64,000 bases of DNA from Octopus sinensis (GCF_006345805.1 NC_043015.1:42408001-42472000), one strand, 5' to 3'; numbered from the stretch's first letter, positions 1 to 13,526 are shown. Program-made: numbers and translations. Notes: generated from the letters alone by a model not told the origin.

Positions 1-46
1 GTAACTTTTAAAACCAAATCCTAAAGTGACAACTGGGTATCCTATG
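1..46 (-). CDS. MACO1: Macoilin coding exon, partial (runs off the window)
   Basis: tttcag|C ATA GGA TAC CCA GTT GTC ACT TTA GGA TTT GGT TTT AAA AGT TAC = (C)IGYPVVTLGFGFKSY, continuing the RPFAAHCIGYPVVTLGFG motif. Confidence 0.95.
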
Positions 47-220
47 CTGAAAGGGAGTAAGAAGAGAGAGAGTGTGTCAATTTCCACACAGGGAATAGTA
101 AACAGACATTAGAAATTACTAGAAGATCTCATATATATAGTAACTGTCATGTTAAAATGTTAATTAGCTGCAATTAATTTGTGTGTGTGTATATCATCAT
201 CATTTAGCAACTTATTTCTT

Positions 221-603
221 TATTGTCCACAAGGAGCTAAACACAGAGAGGACAAACAAGGACAGACAAATGGATTAAGTCGATTATAAAGACCTCAGTG
301 CGTAACTGGTACTTATTTAATCGACCCCGAAAGGATGAAATGCTAAGTCGACCATGGCGGATTTTGAACTCAGAACGTAACGGCAGACGAAATACCTATT
401 TCTTTACTACCCACAAGGGGCTAAACACAGAGGGGACAAACAAAGACAGACAGAGGGATTAAGTCGATTATATCGACCCCAGTGCGTAACTGGTACTTAT
501 TTAATTGACCCTGAAAGGATGAAAGGCTAAGTCGACCTCAGTGGAATTTGAACTCAGAACGTAGCAGCAGACAGAACACCGCTAAGCATTTCGCCCGACA
601 TGC
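221..603 (-). mobile_element. Family A tRNA-derived SINE, dimeric
   Basis: Two bodies with gtcgacc/gaaaggatgaaag boxes; same junction as the 38.5-kb array at about 388-410. Confidence 0.85.
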
Positions 604-609
604 TAACGT

Positions 610-960
610 TTAGCATCTGTTATCCATGCAGGCATGGGTCGGACAGTTTCACAAGGGCTGGTAAGCTGAGGGGCTGCACCAGACCCCTGTCTGATTTGGC
701 ATGGTTTTCTATGGATGGATGCCCTTCCTAACACCAAGCACTCCAAGAATGTAAGGAGTGCTTTTACATACCACCAGCATGGGTGTCAGTTTGCAGGAGA
801 CCAATATCTTACACAACTATGATTCCACTAGGCTCGATTGATCTTCTTCTTCTGAAGCACAGGATATTGCCAGAGGTCTCGATCGTTTGTCATTGGCTCT
901 GTGACATCATTGGCATTACGAAGGGCATTCAGCCAAAGAAACCATGTCAAAGCAGACAGC
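610..960 (-). mobile_element. Diverged RTE 3' end (family D)
   Basis: gatgcccttcctaacacc box; reverse strand encodes MTNDRDLWQYPVL, the ORF2 tip. Confidence 0.65.
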
Positions 961-1527
961 AGAGTCTGGTCTTCTGACTGGCCAATTACTATGAAACAGC
1001 AACCCATAAGAACATGTTAGTTAATTTTTGTTTAAATTATGCACGCGTACACACACACACACACATCCACACACATTTATATATAAGTGATTATATCCTG
1101 TCATGAACTCATGTTACATAAATTTTTCACATAAGACAGATGGGATTACCAGAGCACATTCCAGCTGTTTTGGATCCTGCGTTTATTACAAGACCAGCAC
1201 ACACAATATACACTTATAAGTATTTCATGACAAACTTTACACGAGTCTTTACTGACCATTTTTACTTTTCCTTTTTTAACAAGAATATATCATCATGACA
1301 TCACCAGTAGAAAAATTAGCCATCAAAGCTGGATCCCTCTCTACCTGGTGACAGTTTAAATCTGTTCTGAACATAATGAAATAATCTCGATTAGGGTTCA
1401 GGGTTTTTTTCCCAGTCGTACTGGCTTATGTCCCCTCATACAAGCTGAGACATAATGTAACGAGGTGGACCAGGCAGGTTTATAGTTCAAATCTTAACAA
1501 CTGCTAATTTTATATCCATTAAAAAGA

Positions 1528-1690
1528 GGCTGGGAAAAGTTCAGAGAGTTTCTATCTTTGTTGGTAACAAAGGGCCTCTCCCCTCTGACTGAAAGGGCTG
1601 ATTGTATGATGCCTGCGTTCAAGCAGCCACGCTACATGGCAGTGAAACATGGGCTGTGACTGCATAGGATATGCAAAGGCTTCAGAGAAA
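1528..1690 (+). mobile_element. RTE LINE ORF2 fragment
   Basis: WEKFRE..LLVTKGLS...YDACVQAATLHGSETWAVTA, same family as 42065. Confidence 0.75.
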
Positions 1691-1692
1691 AG

Positions 1693-1731
<39 letters not shown>

Positions 1732-1950
1732 CCATATATACGACGGGCTTCTTTCAGTTTCCATCTACCAAATCCACTCACAATGCTTTGGTCGGCCCAG
1801 TGCTATAGTAGAAGACACTTGCCCAATGTGCCACGCAGTGGGACTGAACCCGGAACCATGTGGTTCGTAAGCAAGCTACTTACCACACATACACATCGAC
1901 AAACAGACAGACAGACAGATACGTTAAGAACATTTGAAGAGAATAGTTAC

Positions 1951-2080
1951 CAGTGTGCTGCAAATGGTCGACAAAGGGCTAAATTGAAAGGTAAACTCTT
2001 TAATTCTCGTAATCTGACAGAAGCCTCTATGTAAACAAATATTAACCATAAAGACACCGTGGGAAGACAAATGCCACGCT
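1951..2080 (-). CDS. MACO1: Macoilin coding exon, 130 nt
   Basis: tttgcag|AG CGT...CAC TG|gtaact; encodes (E)RGICLPTVSLWLIFVYIEASVRLRELKSLPFNLALCRPFAAH(C); phases 1 and 2 match the neighbouring exons. Confidence 0.97.
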
Positions 2081-2734
2081 CTGCAAAGAAAAAGAAATAT
2101 ATATACATATATATATTTAAAAGAACCATGTAAGAAACATATACGAAATATAAAGATAAAAAACATTTAAATCTAAAAAAAATTTTACCACAATAAAAAC
2201 AAATGAAGATGAACAAAATACCAATAAAATTTGAAGACAACGGGAAGATTATGAAATGTTTGTTTTTCATAAATTTCTATTTTACTGATGAGAAATATAA
2301 TGAAATTTTTTTTTAATAAAAAGATATAATTTATGTGAGCATTTAAACAGTTTTGAAGAAGTGAAGAATAAATATAAAAGCAATATCTTTTATTTTTAAT
2401 TTTAAAAAAATCAAACGAAGACCCAATTATATGTCCGAGATGAAATTATTTATGTATCGCAAGTATGGAAGGATATGGTGAAGCCGTTTTCACGTGAAAA
2501 GCGAATACACACACATCTCTATTTTATATATTAGATTAGATTAGAAGATATGTTAGATGCCTAATGAAACTATGTGTATATATGTGTGTGTGTGTATATA
2601 TATATATATGTATGTATGTATATACATATGTACATATATACATATGTATATATATATACACATATGTACATATATACACACACACATATATATATACACA
2701 CATATATATATACATATATGTCTATATGTATATG

Positions 2735-3095
2735 TTGGACGATTTAACCGAGCTGGCACCACTGGAAGACTGCACCAGACTCTAGTCTGATTTGGCATGG
2801 TTTTCTACAGCTGGATGTCTTTCCTAACACCAAGCACTCAAATAGTATAATGGGTGCTTTTATGTGCCACCAGCACGGGTGCCATTTGTATGACACCGGG
2901 GTGCTTTTACGTGCCACTGTTATCTGCCACAACTGCGATTTTGCTTGGCTTGATGGGTCTTCTTCTCAAGCACAACTTAAGGCCAAAGGTCTCAGTAGTT
3001 ATCTCCGTGAGGCCCAACACTCGAAAGGAACTCAGCCACTTTGCTTCTGTGAGGCCCAATGCTCGAAAGGAACTCCACCACGTTGCCTCTGTGAT
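2735..3095 (-). mobile_element. RTE LINE 3' end (family D with ORF2 tip)
   Basis: Reverse strand has gggcctcacggag...gtgcttgagaagaagaccc (ORF2 end as at 42420-42480) followed by the D-type UTR. Confidence 0.75.
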
Positions 3096-4365
3096 TACAC
3101 GATGTACTTCTTTCAGTTTCTCTCTTCCAAATTATACTCATAAGGCTTTCATTGGCTCGGAGCTACAGTTGGAGACATTTGGCCCCAAAGATCAAAGATA
3201 AATCAGACACACTCACACTGGACTGATTAGTCATAGACACTTACATGAGGTCTGCATAGAGAACACAATGGTCTTTGATCAAAGCCAGCTCGATCAGGGC
3301 CCGATCTAAATAGGAACTCTATTCATCCTCGCACAGGAATGGGTGCAATGGCTCTAAGCAAGTGTTATATTGCAGTAATAACACTTCCCGTAACAGGATG
3401 CAAAGGAAGAGATAAGATAGCTCGTCTTATGTCACCCACTTTCAATTCACAAGAGGTTCGTCACAACTGGAGATTATTATTATCATCGTTATCAGTTTAC
3501 AAAGTAGTTTTATTTGTGACGACGCTTTCACAAGTGGATCACACAGACATGTGTGTGTGTGTTGCGGGGAAAGGTGTGGTGCTATGAGAACCTTGAAATA
3601 CTTCAGAAACCAGTCAAGACATCCTGTAGGTTTACTAAAGCCTCGTTCTTAAATTTGTAAGTGACGTTTATCTCCGAATGGTCAACAGGATGTCAATGTG
3701 TATCTCTGCAAATATTCCAGTCAAGACTGGTAAACAAGCAGAAATACTGTCTTTACAAGATCCTTCTTTAAACTGCTTCAGTGAAGAACGATGCCAACTT
3801 GATCCAACTTATTTCCTTACTCAAGCCCTCCACTCCCCATGGAGTAAAAGCCATCAACGACTTTCCTCTACTGCTCTTAACACTGAGCTGGGCCATCAGA
3901 AGGGCAGTGGCCTCCCTCTTCCAGATCTCCAGATCTTGTTGATTTTCAATTGTCATCTGGCCTTTATTATTTGGCCTATCAACCTGTCCAGCAGGGGAAG
4001 GCGCAATCAGGAGCTCGTACTCTGTTGGCACAGCTCCCAGTGTCATTTATGGCACACAGGCCACCACATTCCATCAAGAATGGCACCTTGTTTGTTCTTC
4101 ATTATCAAAGCCAACGATTTTGATAAAACACATCAAGCAACACCATGAGGGCTTTTTCAGTGTACCTAGCAATGATGGTTATGGTTATGACCCAAGGAGT
4201 GTAAAAGGATTAAAGTCCTTGGTATTCTGTGACACAAAAGATTTACACAATTTCCAACACTAACTTCAGGAACCTGACCAGCTAACTCATCAACATACAT
4301 GTTCACACATGTATATGTTCATGTCTGTATACATAAATGCGTATATATGTGCATGTGTTATATAT

Positions 4366-4533
4366 GCAGGAGTGGCTGTGTGGTAAGTAGCTTGCTTACA
4401 AACCACATGGTTCCGGGTTCAGTCCCACTGCGTGGCATCTTGGGCAAGTGCCTTCTGCTATAGCCCCGGGCCGACCAATGCCTTGTGAGTGGATTTGGTA
4501 GACGGAAACTGAAAGAAGCCTGTCGTATATATG

Positions 4534-4582
<49 letters not shown>

Positions 4583-4808
4583 ACATATGTTTGTGTGTCT
4601 GTGTTTGTCCCCCTAGCATTGCTTGACAACCGTTGCTGGTGTGTTTACGTCCCCGTCACTTAGCGGTTCAGCAATAAGAGATCGATAGAATAAGTACTGG
4701 GCTCACAAAAGAATAAGTCCCGGGGTCGAGTTGCTCGACTAAAGGCGGTGCTCCAGCATGGCCACAGTCAAATGACTGAAGCAAGTAGAGGAGTAAAAGA
4801 GAGAGTAA
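4366..4808 (+). mobile_element. Full B/C SINE (tRNA head, CORE-like box, microsatellite linker, C tail)
   Basis: gcaggagtggctgtgtggt...ccttgggcaagtg...(TA)(TG)n...ggtgctccagcatggcc...gtaaaagag. Confidence 0.9.
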
Positions 4809-5007
4809 AGCACATGTGTATAAATAAGTGCACGTGTGTGTATGGTTTTCTGTTGTGTTATATATTTCTGTGTGTATGTATATCTGTGAGTGTGTACTGC
4901 TAGTGTGTATATTACATTTTGTGTGATATCTTGTTACAACCATGGCGATCCTGTTCACTTTGTATCTTTTAGGCAACATTATACAAATGTGTCTGATTTT
5001 TTTTCTT

Positions 5008-5290
5008 TTTGCCAGCGCCGCCTTGACTGGCTGGCTTCCGTGCCGGTGGCGTGTTAAATGCACCAACCGATCGTGGCCGATGCCAGACTCCCCTGGCACC
5101 TGTGCCGGTGGCACGTAAAAAGCACCCACTACACTTGCGGAGTGGTTGGCGTTAGGAAGGGCATCCAGCTGTAGAAACACTGCCAGATCAGACTGGAGCC
5201 TGGTGCAGCCTCCTGGCTTCCCAGACCCCGGTCGAACCGTCCAACCCATGCTAGCGCAGAAAACGGACGTTAAACGATGATGATGATGGT
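5008..5290 (+). mobile_element. Family D (RTE 3' UTR) copy
   Basis: ggcacgtaaaaagcaccc...ggcgttaggaagggcatccagc...aaacgatgatgatg. Confidence 0.85.
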
Positions 5291-6107
5291 ACAAATTAGA
5301 TTATGGGAGATTTGGCTGCTATATCTAACGGCCACACAATTGCCTAGAGCCTATCTCAGTAACTTGAGACGCGTGTGTATGTGTATATGTGTGTGTGTGT
5401 GTGTGTGTGGTTGATGGGAAAACCAGTCTGTCTGACATTTTCACAAAATTATACACAACAGACACTCACATGATATCCAGTTATGTACACTCTGCCGACC
5501 AACAAACGACAAGACAATAAGCTACAGAAGAATTTGTCTAATAATTTTTTCGTAATTATCCTGCAAGCCCTTCGTTAATTGTCTTTTTTTTTGTTGTCAT
5601 ATGTTTCATCTTCATAATACTTCAGCAAACAGTCTCCAAACAGCATATTTATGTAGCCATAACTGACAACAAAAACCTCTTCAGCTTGCCACACTAAATA
5701 AATTTTCAAACTGATTTTATTTGTCTTGATTAGAAAAAAGTCTTTGTTTTTGTTTTCTATTTTAATATTCGACTTTACAAAAATTTCAATCGGTAAATTG
5801 CTAATGAACGTAATCACTCATGACTCATTTTCTTTGGGGTGGGAGGTTGTCTTGTCTTGCAAATTACTTGGTGATTTCACTAGTGCCGGTGTCACATAAG
5901 AAGCACCCAGTACATTCTGTAAAGTGGTTGGCATCAGCTGTAGAAACCATTCCAAAGCAGATAAGGGAGTTTGCTAGCTCCTGTCAAACCATCCAACCTA
6001 TACCAGTATGGAGAACGCACAATAAACGAAGATAATGATGGATAAAATAAAAATGAGAAGGAAGAATCTAATGTTTTCATTTTATTAATTTAGTTATTTT
6101 TAAGCCA

Positions 6108-6312
6108 TTTAGCTTTTCATTTGAGGAGATACATCCATGGCTGTGTGGTTAAGAAATTTGCTTTGAAATCATGTTGTTAGGGGTTCAATCCTAACCAGTG
6201 GGCATTGTTGGTTAGCTTTTCATTTGAGGAGATGCATCCATGGCTGTGTGGTTAAGAGCTTTGCTTTGAAATCATATTAGGGGTTCAATCCTAACCAGTG
6301 GGTATTGTTGGT
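6108..6312. repeat. Tandem duplication of about 100 bp in a decayed B head
   Basis: ttagcttttcatttgaggagat...ccagtggg(c/t)attgttgg twice. Confidence 0.85.
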
Positions 6313-8333
6313 TTGGCATCCTTTACCCTAGCCACAGATCGACCAGTGTCCCAAAATCTTGTGAGTGACACTGGTTGATAGAAATTATCTTTCCAACTCT
6401 TGTAAATATCAGTGGGTCCAACCCCATCAGCTCCCAACTAACCACTATTCCTAGTCCTTCCCCACCAGCCTTCAGGAAATCTTTTCCCTACTTGTGACTT
6501 TCTTACAAATGTTAACCTGCAACAGTTTAAACATGATGTGAGCATATTTCTTTCAAAATACACTCTTTTACTTGTTTCAGTTATTTGACTGTGGCCATGC
6601 TGGAGCACTGCCTTTTAAGACGAGCAAATCGACCCCAGGACTTATTCTTTGTAAGCCTAGTACTTATTCTATTGGTCTCTTTTGCCGAACACACCAGCAT
6701 CGGTTGTCAAGCGATGTTGGGGGGATAAACACAGACACACAAACATATACACACACAAATACATATATATACATAGGACGGGCTTCTTTCAGTTTCCGTC
6801 TACAAAATCCACTCACAAGGTTTTGGTCAGCCCGAGGCTATAGTAGAAGACACTTGCCCAAGGTGCCATGCAGTGGGATTGAACCCAGAACCATGTGGTT
6901 CGTAAGCAAGCTACTTACCACACAACCACTCCTACGCCTACACTGAAAATGCTCTGATTTAATTTTGAAATCAATGAAGAATTTAGTAAAAGAACTTATA
7001 GAATAAGTACTAGGCTTACAAAGAATAAGTCCTGGGGTCGACTTGCTCGTCTAAAAGGCAGTGCTCCAGCATGGCTACAGTCAAGGTTTTAATTTAGATC
7101 AGTTTAAAACAGGAAGGTTCGTATCAAAGGACCCAGGGTGGGTGGGTTCAGGTGGGTTGGTACCAAAAGGGGTTAACTGGAAAATTAACAGCATCAAGTT
7201 CAGCAGTCTTGGAGGGCCAACATTGGCCATGAGCAGTGCTTTTCCACTTCACTTGACAAGGTTAAAAAAAAAATAAACACACACACAGACAGATACATAC
7301 ATGCCAATGTGAGTGTGTGTGTGTGTATGTGTGTGTATCTTTGTGTCTGTGTTTGTACCACCGACAACACACCTGACAAGGGGTATTGGTTTGTTTACAT
7401 CCCCCATAAATTAAATGTACGGCAAAAGAGACCGATAGAACAGGTACAACACTAAGAAAAAAGTACTGAGGCCGATTTTTTCAACTATAACCCTTGAAGG
7501 TGGTGCCCCAACATGGCCACAGTCTAATGACTGAAACCAGTAAAATATAAAAGAAAAAAAATATTTGACACAAAACAAAAAAAAAAAAAGAGAAAACAAA
7601 AGAGAACTGTCCGATTAATTTTGGTTTTCCTGTCACCCAGTTTGTCGCCATTCATTGTCTTAGAATTTCTTTGACAGATTGGTTTACTGGCAGAGTAGTA
7701 ACGAGGTGCTTAGGAAAATTTTGAGAGTCGAGACAGAGAAAGAATAGATTCTTGCACAGTTGCCATGATCTCTAATTAGAGCTTAACTATTGAGCTATGT
7801 CAATTTAGAGATGATATTTGTCACCTGTTCAACAGACACAGGGAGCCTTTATGTGGTTACTCAATCTGCAAGAAATAGCAGCTGTGTGTGTGTGTGTGAG
7901 CGCATATCTATATCTATATCTATATATATATACTCTCTCTTTACTCTTTTACTTGTTTCAGTCATGTGACTGTTGCCATGCTGGAGCACCACCTTTAGTC
8001 GAGCAAATCGACCCCAGGACTTATTCTTTGTAAGCCTAGTACTTATTCTATCTGTCTCTATGCCAAATCACTAGGTTATGGGGACGTAAACACACCAGCA
8101 GTGGTTGTCATGCGATGTTGGGGGGGGGGGGACAAACACAAACTCATACATATATGTATATATATATATACATATATATGACGGGCTTCTTTCAGTTTCC
8201 ATCTCCCAAATCCACTCACAAGGCTTTGGTTGGCCCGAGGCTATAATAGAAGACACTTGCCCAAGGTGCCACGCAGTGGGACTGAACCCGGAACCATGTG
8301 GTTGGTACGCAAGCTACTTACCACACATCCACT

Positions 8334-8372
<39 letters not shown>

Positions 8373-8920
8373 TGAAAAGTATGAAATGTTCACAACAGTG
8401 TAACCATCATTTGACTAAGGTATCTCTGACCTAATGAGGAGCTAGCAGAGGACCCCTTGTCTGGGTTATTACTTCTTCCAAGGTTCTGCTAGCTAGGAAA
8501 CACACGTAGCCTGGAATTTATTCCATTCCCTAAAATCTGATTTTTATTCACATACACAGCAACTGTAGTTGTTAACCATGAACAATAAAATAACTTTTTC
8601 CAGCTTATAGAACTTTGATATGGGAGAATTTTACAACCACCAACGTCAATAAACCATTTTCCCCTAAAGTTGTTCTTTATGTCTTCTATGGACTCTCTTT
8701 ACTCTTTTACTTGTTTCAGTCATTTGACTGCGGCCATGCTGGAGCACCGCCTTTAGTCGAGCAAATCGACCCCAGGACTTATTCTTTGTAAGCCCAGTAC
8801 TTATTCTATCAGTCTCTTTTGCCGAACCGCTAAGTGACGGGGACGTAAACACACCAGCATCGGTTGTCAAGCAATGCTAGAGAGACAAACACAGACACAC
8901 AAACACATATATATTTATAT

Positions 8921-9316
8921 ACTAGCAGTATCGCCCGGCGTTGCTCGGGTTGTAAGGGAAATAACTATATAAGCATTTTTAGAGAGTTATAGCCAAAAAA
9001 TAGCAAAAAAAATGCATTAAAAATTGAAAAAAAATTAAGGTAAATTTTTTTAAATCGTTGACACATCGTAGATATTTTTAGAGAGTTACTTCCCTTATAT
9101 AAAAGCGAAAAAAATGCATTAAAATGGAAAAATATGAAGGTAAATTTTTTTAAAATTGTAGACTCATCGTAGACGCGCGCTAATACCCAGAAGGGCTCGA
9201 TATGAATCACGACTATAAGATACCCGCTTTTGGTTAAACTGCACCGCAAAATGTGGGAGTAATTACGAATGTAAATCAAAGGGGACAGACACACAACTTC
9301 ACTCTTATATAAAGAT
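8921..9316 (+). mobile_element. Helentron/HINE (DINE-1)-like non-autonomous element
   Basis: Starts actagcagtatcgcccggcgttgctcggg (subterminal hairpin), ends tatataaagat. Confidence 0.65.
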
Positions 9317-10324
9317 GCTTTTTTTTTTCAGTCATAGAGTTAGATTTATGAAGGTCTTCAGTAGAAAATCCTTCGAATTCTGACTCGCTGCTTGATATAA
9401 TGAAATTAGTATCCATTTTTTGTCAGAATTACAAATTTTGAAAACACAATAGGAACAAATTTCGGAAAAAAATCTCCCATAATTCACGAAATTAAAATTA
9501 CACTTCGATTTTTGTACAAAACTGTATTTGAAGTGTTTACGAAGTATAATACGTGTTTTCATGAATGTACTAAAGAGATTTACTCTGATATTCTCATTTA
9601 AATATGAATAGGTAAATTCGGGCGGTTTGGTAATGAAAGGGTTTATATAAGTGTCGTCTGTTTATACATAAACACTGTTTCATAGTTTCAGTTTAGTCTT
9701 CCTCAAATCACTGTCGCTAATTTACTTTCTTCCAAGAACATTTTCACTCACTGTTATCTGTTAGCTTCCCATACATTTTACTCATGTATCTATCAGCGTG
9801 ATAGACAGAAACAAATATTACATTTACTTTCATTTTATTCGTTGCCCACTGTGTGTGTGCGTTTGCGTGTGGTGTAAACCAGACTAAGAAAAGCATTTGA
9901 CACACACACCAGAATGTGAGTTTTCTGTAAATTTTGCTTAATTGGAGTTTAAATTTTAAAAACTGGACCTGGCATGACGCGATGCATTGTACTCTTAAAA
10001 CTGCTAGGTAAATTGTAATTGAAGAAATCCTATATTGTAGATTTGTATAACTCCCAAAGGGAGGCAGATAAAATCTGCCTTTTATAATAAGAGATATATA
10101 CATATATACGACAGGCTTCTTTCAGTTTCCGTCTACCAAGTCCACTTACAAGGTATTGGTTGGCCCGGGGCTATAGCAGAAGACACTTGCCCAAGATGCC
10201 ACACAGTGGGACTGAACCCGGAACCATGTGGTTGGTTAGCAAGCTACTTACCACAGAGCCACTCCAGCTTGAAGCTTACTAACTTCCTACGTCTTGATCC
10301 TTGGATCTTACCTTTACATATATA

Positions 10325-10620
10325 TCTATCTATCTAGGACGGCCCCAAAACTGTTTCGACATGTTTTCCCCATTCATCTCGATCCTCTATAATGGCCCTC
10401 AGCTCCTGTACCCCTTCCATACTAGTATCCTCCAGCAAGTTGTTCTCGCCATCAGCTACTTCTCTTCCAGTTGGATTTAAAGAAGTACCTTCATCAGTCT
10501 TTATGCGACTTGCTTGAACAACCGGAATGTCTGAGTCAGGGAGCTCCAACCCTGGATTCATAGGGGTTTCGGTTACACATATTATAGGGTTCACAGGGCG
10601 CTGCTCCACGTGGTCCCGCA
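10325..10620 (-). mobile_element. Probable LINE 3' end with (TAGA)n tail
   Basis: LLEDTSMEGVQELRAIIEDRDEWGKHV...* directly followed by tagatagatagata. Confidence 0.45.
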
Positions 10621-11269
10621 GTTTCCATCTAACTAGGAATATTAGGGTCTCATCTGTTGTTTTGTATTCACAATCCTCTGCATGATATCCTGCTAGTTCA
10701 AAGCCACGAATCTGATCTGTTAGGTCTTACCGATGCAAATATATATTTCTTTACTACTCACAAGGGGCTAAACACAGAAGGGACAAACAAGGACAGACAA
10801 AGGGATTAAGTTGATTACCTCGACCCCAGTGCGTAACTAGTACTTAATTTATCGACCCCGAAAGGATGAATGGCAAAGTCGACCTCGGTAGAATTTGAAC
10901 TCGGAACGTAACGACAGACGAAATACGGCTACGCATTTTGCCCGGCGTGCTAACGATTCTGCCAGCTCACCGCCGATACATATATATGATAAATATGTGT
11001 GTGCATAGGTGTATTTGTCTGTGTCTCTTTGTCTTGACATCATGTGACAGTTCCAAGTGTCACCATCGTTCAAACAGTGACCTTTATTTCCGGTCTTTTC
11101 TATAAACAAGTCTGGTTGTGGTGAAATACTACCTTGGAACCAGGTGAGGGTTGGCAACAAGAAGGGCAAGAAGGACATAGAAAAATCTGCCTCAAAGAAA
11201 ACCATCTTACCCATGCAAGCAAGGAAAAGTAGACAACAAAACAAAGATGATGAGGAAGAGGACATTGGG

Positions 11270-12430
11270 TATCATCATCGTTTAACGTCCGTTTTCCATG
11301 CTAGCAGGGGTTGGACGGTTTAACTGGGGTCTGGGAAGCCAGAAGGTTGCACCAGGCCCAGTCTTGATCTGGCAGAGTTTATACAGCTGGATGCCCTTCC
11401 TAATGTCATCCACTCCGAAAGTGTAGTGGGTGCTCTTTATGTGCCACCTGCACAGGTGCCAGTCGAGGCTGGCAAACGGTCACGATCGGATGGTGCTTTT
11501 TACGTGCCACGATCGGATGGTGCTTTTTACGTGCCACGATCGGATGGTGCTTTTTACGTGCCACGATCGGATGGTGCTTTTTACGTGCCACCACGATCGG
11601 ATGGTGCTTTTTACGTGCCACCACGATCGGATGGTGCTTTTTACGTGCCACGATCGGATGGTGCTTTTTATGTGCCACGATCGGATGGTGCTTTTTACGT
11701 GCCACGATCGGATGGTGCTTTTTATGTGCCACGATCGGATGGTGCTTTTTACGTGCCACGATCGGATGGTGCTTTTTACGTGCCACGATCGGATGGTGCT
11801 TTTTACGTGCCACGATCGGATGGTGCTTTTTACGTGCACGATCGGATGGTGCTTTTTACGTGCCACGATCGGATGGTGCTTTTTACGTGCCACGATCGGA
11901 TGGTGCTTTTTACGTGCCACGATCGGATGGTGCTTTTTACGTGCCACGATCGGATGGTGCTTTTTACGTGCCACGATCGGATGGTGCTTTTTACGTGCCA
12001 CGATCGGATGGTGCTTTTTACGTGCCACGATCGGATGGTGCTTTTTATGTGCCACGATCGGATGGTGCTTTTTACGTGCCACGATCGGATGGTGCTTTTT
12101 ATGTGCCACGATCGGATGGTGCTTTTTACGTGCCACGATCGGATGGTGCTTTTTATGTGCCACGATCGGATGGTGCTTTTTACGTGCCACGATCGGATGG
12201 TGCTTTTTACGTGCCACGATCGGATGGTGCTTTTTACGTGCAACCGGCACGGGGTCCAGACGAGGCTGGCAATGGCCACAATCGGATGGTGCTTTTTACG
12301 TGCCACGATTGGATGGTGCTTTTTATGTTCCACCGGCACGGGGGCCAGATGAGGCTGGCAATGGCCACAATTTGATGGTGCTTTTTACGTGCCACTGGCA
12401 CGGAGGCCAGTCGGGTATGTGGTTCGCAAA
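11270..12430 (-). mobile_element. Family D copy with expanded internal minisatellite
   Basis: catcatcatcgtttaacgtcc start, D body, then the array. Confidence 0.85.
11481..12241. repeat. 27-bp minisatellite, 28 units
   Basis: (gccacgatcggatggtgctttttacgt)n; two units +3 nt and one 2-nt deletion; source of the repetitive ORFs. Confidence 0.97.
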
Positions 12431-12769
12431 TGATCTGGTTGCTATTTCTAGCAAATCCAGTGACCCCATAGAGGCTCCTAATGCCTTACATAATTTGTCG
12501 TGCAATTAATAATACAGGATAGACAACAGTAAGTCCTGAAAGTTTACTGTTGTGATGAATGCAAACACTTACAATCGTACTTTCAAATAATTTTACTTTC
12601 ATAAGAAACGCCCAGCATGTGTAACTAGAGCTGAAAATATTCAATTAGCAACAAATGATTTTATCTATTAATGCTTAATTGTTAATTAAGAGAAGTGTAC
12701 CTAGAATTTAAAAAATAAATAAAATCAAGCATTTGGTCATGAACACTGATAGAAGAAATTAATAATAAT

Positions 12770-13329
12770 AACAATAATGATAATTTCTTTATTGGCCACA
12801 AGGCCCACACACAAAACACATGGGGACAATACAACATAATAATAATGAAGATGATAATAATAATAATAATAATAATATGATGATGATGATGATGATGATG
12901 ATGATAATAATAATAATAATGATAATAATGATAATAATAATGATAATAATGATGATGATGATAATTTCTTTATTGGCCACAAGGCCCACACACAAAACAC
13001 ATGGGGACAATACAACATAATAATAATGAAGATGATAATAATAATAATAATAATGATAATAATAATAATATAATAATAATAATGATAATAATAATAATGA
13101 TAATAATGATAATAATGATGATGATGATGATGATGATGATTCTTTATTGGCCACAAGGCCCAAACACAAGATACATGGAGACAATACAACACAATAATAA
13201 TAATGATAATAATAATAATATAATGATGATGATGATAATTTCTTTATTGGCCACAAGGCCCACACACAAAACACATGGGGACAATACAACATAATAATAA
13301 TGAAGATGATAATAATAATAATAATAATG

Positions 13330-13360
<31 letters not shown>

Positions 13361-13526
13361 TAATAATAATAATGATAATAATGATAATAATGATGATGAT
13401 GATGATGATGATTCTTTATTGGCCACAAGGCCCAAACACAAGATACATGGAGACAATACAACACAATAATAATAATGATAATAATTAATAATAATAATAA
13501 TGATGATGATGATAATAATAATAATT
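12770..13526. repeat. Compound tandem repeat: five copies of a core of about 52 bp separated by (AAT/GAT)n
   Basis: ttctttattggccacaaggccc... at about 12785, 12966, 13140, 13239, 13411. Confidence 0.9.

Noticed and set aside
2290-2320. ctgatgag...gaaa hammerhead-like words (also near 17817, 30555, 55095)
   Set aside because: No stem II, or no GAAA/stem III pairing
11406-12509. Long ORFs (up to 359 aa) on both strands
   Set aside because: Translations of a 27-bp stop-free minisatellite inside a LINE UTR
12770-13490. CRISPR-like pattern of conserved repeats with variable spacers
   Set aside because: Spacers are (AAT/GAT)n microsatellite; eukaryotic intron, no cas genes
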